From assembly GCA_964630525.1 (NCBI GenBank), contig CAZVUY010000001.1:44883-108882 (forward strand): DNA of 64,000 nucleotides, read 5' to 3'. The notes under the pieces are model-generated. The model ran no database searches. It saw only the letters and a list, made by a program, of their open reading frames with translations, and was not told the DNA's origin. The stretch is from an uncultured Candidatus Saccharibacteria bacterium (GTDB lineage: Bacteria > Patescibacteriota > Minisyncoccia > Phycocordibacterales > WO2-35-19). A program made the translations under genes and the position numbers. Below, in pieces: positions 57,826 to 64,000 of the stretch (positions are counted from its first letter, which is position 1; every line of letters starts with the position of its first letter).

Positions 57826-58419
57826 TTATTTCGCGACCACAAAATTTCTTTCAATATTTTGCCAGTTGAGATTGGCAAAAAAATCTTCGACATACTGTTT
57901 CTTGCCCGAAGGCTGGTAGTCGGCTACATAAGAATGTTCCCACATATCAAGCGCCAAAATCAGGGTGCAGTCTTGTAGTTGGCCCAAGTGTTGTTCATCG
58001 ATCCAAGCATTTAGCAAACGTTTATCTTTGCGATCATAATAGAGCATCGCCCAACCAATGCCGCGCGTTAGAGCTGTTGCTTTAAATTGTTCGAGCCAAC
58101 CTTCGAAAGACCCGAAATCAATTTCAATTTGAGATTTCAATTCGCTTTCACCAGGAAGATCAGTGGCACCTTCGGAAAGGGAGTCGAAATAAACTTCATG
58201 ATTGCGCATACCGTTGTATTCGAAACCAAACCTTCTTTGGACTTCGCCTAGCGCATAAGCATTGGCCTCAGCATCCACTTTGAGTGATTCGATCTTTTCC
58301 AAAATCAAATTGCTGTGCTTCACATAACCTTCGTAAAGTTTTAGATGTTCTTCAATATTTTTTTGGGAAATACCTTTTAAGCCCGGGATATTAAATTTTT
58401 TAGATTCAAATTTTTTCAT
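57826..58419 (-). CDS. Fe/Mn superoxide dismutase family protein
   Basis: EEHLKLYEGY, NHEVYF, FGSFE.W, GIGWA, LDMWEHSY. Confidence 0.9.
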   Translation of the reverse strand: MKKFESKKFNIPGLKGISQKNIEEHLKLYEGYVKHSNLILEKIESLKVDAEANAYALGEVQRRFGFEYNGMRNHEVYFDSLSEGATDLPGESELKSQIEIDFGSFEGWLEQFKATALTRGIGWAMLYYDRKDKRLLNAWIDEQHLGQLQDCTLILALDMWEHSYVADYQPSGKKQYVEDFFANLNWQNIERNFVVAK

Positions 58420-58440
58420 ACTATAATAATAGCATATTCG

Positions 58441-59304
58441 ATGAATACGAGGCTCAAAATAAAACTCGGGATCTTGCTCCTCCTGGTCATCACTCTTGTT
58501 TTTGCAATCTACCTTTCTTTTAAGGAAAATGGGGGCAAACTTACGGTTGCTTTCCTAAATATTGGTCAAGGAGATGCGATTTTTATCGAAGCCCCATCTG
58601 GCAACCAGCTCCTGATAGATGGCGGGCCTGGCAAACCGGTTCTCAGAGAACTCTCTCAGGTGATGCCGTTTTATGATCATTCGATCGACATTGTCATGGC
58701 CACCCACCCGGACGCCGATCATATCGGCGGCCTACCCGACGTTCTCGAGCGATACAAAACAGATCTTTTTTTGGAGCCAGGAGTGGAAGGGGGCACAAAT
58801 GTTTATAAAGAGTTGGAGTCAAAAGTAAAAAGTCTAAAAATTAAAAGGTTGGAAGTAAGGAGGGGAATGGTGGTCGATCTGGGAGAGGGGGCTCTTTTGC
58901 AAATCCTCTTTCCAGTCACTGATCCGGAGGGAATGGAGACCAACACTGCTTCCATTGTCGCCCGACTGGTCTACGGTGAACATGAATTTTTGCTCACCGG
59001 CGACTCTCCAAAAAATATTGAGGAATACCTGACCAAAGAATCATGCAAAGGGTGCCCCTTTGCACTTGAAGCTGATGTTTTGAAAGCCGGGCACCATGGA
59101 TCCAAAACTTCCACTTCTGATTTGTTTGTAAAAGCAGTAGCCCCCAAATACGCGGTCATCTCCGCTGGTCGCGACAACCGCTACGGCCATCCGCACCAAG
59201 AAGTACTCGACACTCTCACCCAACATAAGATTCAAATCCTCCGCACTGACCAGGAGGGGAGGATCATTTTCGAGAGCGATGGGGTGAACTTAAGGATTAG
59301 ATAA
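58441..59304 (+). CDS. ComEC-associated metallo-beta-lactamase-fold nuclease
   Basis: IGQGDA, THPDADHIGG, LLTGD, KAGHHGS, NRYGHP. Confidence 0.9.
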   Translation: MNTRLKIKLGILLLLVITLVFAIYLSFKENGGKLTVAFLNIGQGDAIFIEAPSGNQLLIDGGPGKPVLRELSQVMPFYDHSIDIVMATHPDADHIGGLPDVLERYKTDLFLEPGVEGGTNVYKELESKVKSLKIKRLEVRRGMVVDLGEGALLQILFPVTDPEGMETNTASIVARLVYGEHEFLLTGDSPKNIEEYLTKESCKGCPFALEADVLKAGHHGSKTSTSDLFVKAVAPKYAVISAGRDNRYGHPHQEVLDTLTQHKIQILRTDQEGRIIFESDGVNLRIR

Positions 59305-59536
59305 CCCCGGCGTCTTTGAGGGCAGAGTAGGCACCTTTCTTTTGGATAGTCTTGATACCCTTGGCAGAGAGGGTGAGATTGAAGCTCTTGTTCAATTCAG
59401 GCACAAAAATCTTCTTTTTCTGCAAATTAGCAAATCTCCGTGTGTTTCCACATGGATTGAATTGAGTGGCGCGGGTGCGGTTTGAATATTTGCCGCCCAC
59501 TTGAGATGATTTTCCTGTAATAACACAAACCTTCAT
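59297..59536 (-). CDS. rpmB: 50S ribosomal protein L28
   Basis: CVITGK...RRFANLQ...LSAKGIKTI. Confidence 0.88.
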   Translation of the reverse strand: MKVCVITGKSSQVGGKYSNRTRATQFNPCGNTRRFANLQKKKIFVPELNKSFNLTLSAKGIKTIQKKGAYSALKDAGVI

Positions 59537-59600
59537 AGTGCAAAGTATGCTAACATAGGGATACTCATTGAGTCAAATAGGTTCAGTAATAGAAAATATC

Positions 59601-60203
59601 ATGGAATTTCTTTTCGTTATCATCATCCTTATAATGTCGGTCGTTATCCACGAGGTTTCTCATGGCTATGCGGCTCTCGCTCTCGGCGACCCGACAGCCA
59701 AATATGAAGGTCGGCTGACCTTAAACCCGATCTCGCACCTTGATCCAGTGGGTTCGGTCTTGGTACCCCTCATGGGATATTTCTTGGGCGGTTTCATTAT
59801 CGGTTGGGCCAAACCAGTACCATTTAATCCTTATAATCTGAAAAATACGCGGTGGGGAGAAGCTTTGGTAGCAGTGGCTGGACCAATATCTAATATATTG
59901 ATTGCTTTGATTTTTGGATTGATTATCAGATCAGAGATCATCATCAGTATACCGTTTCTAAATCTGGCCAGTTTTGTGGTACTCATCAATATTACTCTCG
60001 CTGTTTTCAACCTGATGCCCATACCTCCGCTCGACGGATCTAAGATTTTGTTTGCTCTTTTACCTTATAAATGGCACCAGCTAAGGGTTTCTATGGAGCA
60101 GTACGGCCTCATCTTGGTTTTGGTTTTCGTCTTTTTTATCTGGCAAATCTTGAGTCCTATTATCGGTATCCTGTTTTCGACAATCACCGGTCTAGCCCTG
60201 TAG
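59601..60203 (+). CDS. Site-2 protease (M50 family)
   Basis: HEVSH, AGPISN, FNLMPIPPLDG. Confidence 0.93.
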   Translation: MEFLFVIIILIMSVVIHEVSHGYAALALGDPTAKYEGRLTLNPISHLDPVGSVLVPLMGYFLGGFIIGWAKPVPFNPYNLKNTRWGEALVAVAGPISNILIALIFGLIIRSEIIISIPFLNLASFVVLINITLAVFNLMPIPPLDGSKILFALLPYKWHQLRVSMEQYGLILVLVFVFFIWQILSPIIGILFSTITGLAL

Positions 60204-60299
60204 CTTGCATATTTTGAAGCTTTGTATTAAATTATCCCCATTGCTTTTTGTTTGTCCTCAAGCGTTTCAGCTTAGGCTACAAGCTCTAAGCTTTTTGAG

Positions 60300-60716
60300 A
60301 TGTCGACCATCAATCAATTGGTAAAAAAGAAAAGGAAGTCCACCCGCTCCAAATCAAAAGCGGTGGCTTTGATGCGCGGCTTCAATACCCTGAAAAACAG
60401 ACCTGTTTACTACCCATCTCCTTTCAAAAGAGGAGTCTGTACTAAGGTCACCACCAAAACCCCAAGGAAGCCTAACTCGGCTATCAGGAAGATCGCCAGG
60501 GTACGATTGACCAACGGTATGGAAGTGACCGCCTATATCCCAGGTATCGGCCATAATTTGCAAGAGCACTCAGTAGTCACCCTCCGAGGTGGTAGGGTAA
60601 AGGATATTGGAGTTAGGTACACCATTGTACGAGGCAGACTCGATGCTGCCGGAGTCGACAAGCGACGCACCTCAAGGTCAAGCTACGGTGTCAAGAAGCC
60701 TAAAGATGCTAAATAA
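60300..60716 (+). CDS. rpsL: 30S ribosomal protein S12
   Basis: [36 protein letters not shown]. Confidence 0.98.
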   Translation: MSTINQLVKKKRKSTRSKSKAVALMRGFNTLKNRPVYYPSPFKRGVCTKVTTKTPRKPNSAIRKIARVRLTNGMEVTAYIPGIGHNLQEHSVVTLRGGRVKDIGVRYTIVRGRLDAAGVDKRRTSRSSYGVKKPKDAK

Positions 60717-60725
60717 AAACAGATT

Positions 60726-61196
60726 ATGCGAGGAAAAGTAAAAAACCGAAATATTGTCTCTCCAGACGTCGTTTACAACTCAGAAAAAGTGGAGAAATTT
60801 ATAAATTACACTATGGAGCGCGGCAAGAAGAACGCAGCTCGTAAGATTGTTTACACTGCTTTCGATTTGATTAAAGAAAAAGCCAAAGTCGCTGATCCGA
60901 TGGAAGTTTTTGATACCGCTTTAAAAAATACTGGTCCAACCATGGAAGTCAGGTCTCGCCGAGTCGGTGGCGCCAACTACCAGGTCCCGAGAGAGGTCCG
61001 TCCAGAGAGGAGATCATACCTTTCGATGAAATGGATCATCGAGGCCGCTCGAAACAAAAAAGGCAAACCAATGGCTGAAAAGCTCTCCGAAGAAATAATT
61101 TTGGCTAGCAAAAACGAAGGAGAAGCTATCAAGAAGCGTGAGAACGTCCACAAGATGGCCGAAGCCAACAAAGCCTTCGCCCACTTCGCGTGGTAG
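60726..61196 (+). CDS. rpsG: 30S ribosomal protein S7
   Basis: [28 protein letters not shown]. Confidence 0.98.
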   Translation: MRGKVKNRNIVSPDVVYNSEKVEKFINYTMERGKKNAARKIVYTAFDLIKEKAKVADPMEVFDTALKNTGPTMEVRSRRVGGANYQVPREVRPERRSYLSMKWIIEAARNKKGKPMAEKLSEEIILASKNEGEAIKKRENVHKMAEANKAFAHFAW

Positions 61197-61255
61197 GAGT
61201 TTGAATATTAGGCAAAACATGACCGCGATAAGCGGTTTTTGTTTGCTTAGCGATA

Positions 61256-61291
61256 TACACAATATTCAGACGACCGTCTAAAAATAGTGTA
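61256..61291. repeat. 36-bp palindrome, left copy flanking the PaaX/Cas2-like gene
   Basis: TACACAATATTCAGACG AC CGTCTAAAAATAGTGTA. Confidence 0.75.
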
Positions 61292-61308
61292 GTAAAATCA
61301 AAGAAACT

Positions 61309-61875
61309 ATGAGCAAGAAAGTGGATGTAGAAAAAAGAGCTAAAAAAGCCAAAATACAACAAATAATATTGGAGTCAGTAAAGCTGGCTGGTTACATTGG
61401 TCTAACTGCATTTGCTCCAAAAGTATTGGCACAAATGAAAAGACTGGGGTTGGTTACACACCCAAGACAAATTGAATCGGTTAAAAGATCCAAAGATAAA
61501 CTTATCAAAAAGGGTTTATTGGAGTTAAAAAATGATCAATTAATCATCACCCAACATGGAAGAAGGTACCTTTTGAAGTGTTTGTCCTTGGGAGAAAAGG
61601 AAAGATTGGATAATAAAAAATGGGACAAAAAGTGGAGAGTGATTATTTTCGATGTTCCAGAAACAAAGAGATTTGATCGAAATAATATTAGACAAGCTTT
61701 GGTTTCAATAGGTTTTTTGCGGCTACAAAACAGTGTTTGGGTTTATCCATACAATTGCGAAGATTTAATAAATTTACTAAAAACAGATACCGAAACAGAG
61801 AAGGATGTGATTTACATGATTGTTGATCAAATCGAAAATGACGAAGAAATAAAAAAATATTTCGGTCTGAAGTAA
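61309..61875 (+). CDS. PaaX-like protein (wHTH plus Cas2-like central domain)
   Basis: LIKKGLL...ITQHG wing, then WDKKWRVIIFDVPE..R..R...L..IGF..LQNSVWVYP. Confidence 0.8.
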   Translation: MSKKVDVEKRAKKAKIQQIILESVKLAGYIGLTAFAPKVLAQMKRLGLVTHPRQIESVKRSKDKLIKKGLLELKNDQLIITQHGRRYLLKCLSLGEKERLDNKKWDKKWRVIIFDVPETKRFDRNNIRQALVSIGFLRLQNSVWVYPYNCEDLINLLKTDTETEKDVIYMIVDQIENDEEIKKYFGLK

Positions 61876-61882
61876 AACTGCA

Positions 61883-61918
61883 TACACTAAAATAAGACGA
61901 TCGTTCTAAAATAGTGTA
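61883..61918. repeat. 36-bp palindrome, right copy flanking the PaaX/Cas2-like gene
   Basis: TACACTAAAATAAGACG AT CGTTCTAAAATAGTGTA; 28/36 identical to the left copy. Confidence 0.75.
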
Positions 61919-61980
61919 TTTATTTAGATCATAAAATCCTATAAAAAGGAGATCGCCGGATAAGAATCCGGCGATTAGTT

Positions 61981-62250
61981 TTATACCTTCCGCGTCCTAG
62001 CCATTTTGATGTCCCTGATACAGATCTCTCGAATTTTAGTCTGAGCTTCTCGCAAGATAGCTCCTCTCAGTGGATAGAGGTTGCATGCTCTTTTTAAGAA
62101 AACTTCTTTATATTGAGCCACAGAAAGTCCAGATGCTGGCTTCCTAACCCCTCGAAAAAGGATAGGTTCTAGTAGTTTCAAGTCATTACGGCCTAAGTCT
62201 CGAATGCTTTCGCAGACAAAACCAAGCACCTGTATTAATAACTGTTGCAT
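61981..62250 (-). CDS. Hypothetical protein
   Basis: GGGAGG SD, ATG, and downstream hairpin ATCGCCGGA/TCCGGCGAT. Confidence 0.55.
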   Translation of the reverse strand: MQQLLIQVLGFVCESIRDLGRNDLKLLEPILFRGVRKPASGLSVAQYKEVFLKRACNLYPLRGAILREAQTKIREICIRDIKMARTRKV

Positions 62251-62338
62251 TCAGATTCCTCCCAAATCAATCTAACACGGGTTTAAGTTTTTGCAATTTA
62301 AAACAAAGCCCCGGATAAGCGGGGCTTTGGTGTCAGTG

Positions 62339-62653
62339 TTACTTCGAGATTTTTTTATTTCGGTACCATACTCGCCATATTTGCCAGCGAGGTCCTGAGA
62401 GATCGGTAAGATTGGGTCCCGTAGTTTCTGAAATAGAAACCACTTCATAGAATTGTTCCACCTCCCCTTCAAGAGTTTGGACTATTTCTGTCACTACTTC
62501 GAGGGCAGATTCATCGGACCTGAGAGAATACCCAGTAGGGTTATCAGCTTCGAAGCCATTTACGAATATCCTACTCTCCTCATCAAATCCTTCCACACGA
62601 ATTCTATTCCTACCAGAGTCGTAGGAAATATCTAGTACATGTAGCGTGGGCAT
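62339..62653 (-). CDS. Hypothetical protein
   Basis: GGAGG SD, ATG, and downstream hairpin CAAAGCCCCG/CGGGGCTTTG. Confidence 0.55.
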   Translation of the reverse strand: MPTLHVLDISYDSGRNRIRVEGFDEESRIFVNGFEADNPTGYSLRSDESALEVVTEIVQTLEGEVEQFYEVVSISETTGPNLTDLSGPRWQIWRVWYRNKKISK

Positions 62654-62775
62654 AAAACCTCCAGAGGAAATCTACCACGAACCCTAAATTTTGCAATTTG
62701 AGGAGGAGTAGTGTATATTTTCAGCGTTTCCTTCGGGACTTTTTTGTATCTAATTTTTAATCATTAATTAAAATT

Positions 62776-64000
62776 ATGAATCGTGATTATCCGCTAGAGA
62801 AAGTTAGAAATTTTGGGATCATTGCCCATATTGATGCTGGGAAAACCACCACTTCCGAGCGTATTTTGTACTACACCGGTAGCCAACATAAGATTGGTGA
62901 GGTGCATGAGGGCGAGACCACTACCGACTGGATGGAGCAGGAGCGAGAGCGAGGTATCACGATCACCGCGGCCGCCATCACTTGTTTTTGGGCGCCTACC
63001 TATCTCTCACAGGAAGATCGAAACAAAAAAGAAAATAAGTGCCGTTTCAATATTATCGACACCCCCGGTCACATCGACTTCACGGTAGAGGTGAAGCGCT
63101 CCATGCGCGTACTTGACGGTGCGGTTTGTGTTTTCGATGGGGTAGCAGGGGTTGAACCACAGTCCGAAACCAACTGGCGCTACGCCGAGGAAGCTTCGGT
63201 GCCTCGACTTTGCTTTATAAACAAGCTCGACCGTACTGGTGCCAACTTTGAAAAGTCTTACAAATCGATCCTTGATCGACTTTCTAAAAAAGCGGTTCGA
63301 ATGCAGATCCCAATCGGCGAAGAAGACAAGCACGAAGGAGTGATCGATCTTTTAACAATGAAAGCTTTCGATTTCGAAGGCAAGCTTGGTGACAACGTAG
63401 TTGAGGTACCAATGCCAGAAAACCTAAAAGCTGAAGCTCTGCAATACCGTTCAGAACTAATAGAAAGAATTGTTGAAAATGATGATGAGATGATGAACAA
63501 ATACCTCGCTGGGGAAGAAATAGCAGTCTCTGACCTGAAAAAAATTCTCAGAAAAGCAGTCGTCCAAAACAAAATATTCCCAGTTTTTTGCGGCTCCGCC
63601 CTCAAAAACAAGGGGGTTCAATTGGTACTAGATGCCGTAGTCGACTACCTGCCTTCACCGCTCGACATTCCCCCAGTCAAAGGTACCGACCCAAGAACAG
63701 GCAATGAAATCGAGCGCCATTCTTCTGATAGCGAGCCTTTTGCAGCATTGGCCTTCAAACTGCAAGCTGATCCGTTTGTCGGACAACTGACTTTCTTTCG
63801 AGTTTATTCTGGTACCATCGAATCAGGATCTTATATCTACAACGCCTCAACCGGTGAAAAGGAGAGGTTGGGCCGTATTGTCCGACTACAAGCTGACCAA
63901 AGAGAGGAAGTAAAGAAAGTTTATGCTGGAGAGATCGCTGCTGCCGTGGGTCTGAAGAACGCCAAAACTTCTCACACTTTTGCCGATGAAAACAACCCGA
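62776..64000 (+). CDS. fusA: Elongation factor G (5' part; runs off the window end)
   Basis: Translated by hand: [31 protein letters not shown]...RGITI...[10 protein letters not shown]...INKLD. Confidence 0.98.
   Translation, partial: MNRDYPLEKVRNFGIIAHIDAGKTTTSERILYYTGSQHKIGEVHEGETTTDWMEQERERGITITAAAITCFWAPTYLSQEDRNKKENKCRFNIIDTPGHIDFTVEVKRSMRVLDGAVCVFDGVAGVEPQSETNWRYAEEASVPRLCFINKLDRTGANFEKSYKSILDRLSKKAVRMQIPIGEEDKHEGVIDLLTMKAFDFEGKLGDNVVEVPMPENLKAEALQYRSELIERIVENDDEMMNKYLAGEEIAVSDLKKILRKAVVQNKIFPVFCGSALKNKGVQLVLDAVVDYLPSPLDIPPVKGTDPRTGNEIERHSSDSEPFAALAFKLQADPFVGQLTFFRVYSGTIESGSYIYNASTGEKERLGRIVRLQADQREEVKKVYAGEIAAAVGLKNAKTSHTFADENNP

Noticed and set aside
61256-61918. CRISPR array or cas2 locus (36-bp repeats plus a Cas2-like protein)
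   Set aside because: Only two divergent repeats, separated by a whole gene; no spacers and no cas1 or effector genes; the protein has an N-terminal wHTH like PaaX
1-64000. Alternative genetic code (TGA read as Gly, as in Gracilibacteria/SR1)
   Set aside because: Conserved genes are full length under code 11, and several end in TGA at the expected positions (e.g. dut, dcd, rnhA)

Overview
This is a core-chromosome segment of a Patescibacteria (CPR, Parcubacteria-like) genome; the assignment is inferred from gene content and style. It contains a fragmented set of translation genes: the S10 operon is split in two by about 26 kb, tuf-rpsJ lies apart from rpsL-rpsG-fusA, and rplK has no rplA beside it. 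Other content includes six tRNAs, competence/pilus genes (pilM, comF, split comEC), a complete dTMP/dTDP pathway cluster (dcd, thyX-like, tmk, glyA, dut, with folD nearby) and a CsoR-regulated copper operon. There is also an AT-rich defence island (EcoRI-type adenine MTase, OLD-like ATPase-TOPRIM, Bro-N, DUF262-HNH). The most striking layer is non-coding and consists of several families of short repeats. (1) A GxxExxY nuclease gene is bounded by ~36-bp terminal inverted repeats; the same repeat occurs as an empty paired copy and as several solo ends at gene junctions. (2) Structured ~120-170-nt elements follow three tRNAs, each duplicating that tRNA's 3' end and carrying a tRNA-specific antisense segment. 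(3) A PaaX/Cas2-like gene is bounded by two 36-bp palindromes. (4) Palindromic repeats are inserted in-frame in ArgS, FolD, NusA, RecJ and ComEC. All product calls come from motif recognition by eye; no database search was run.
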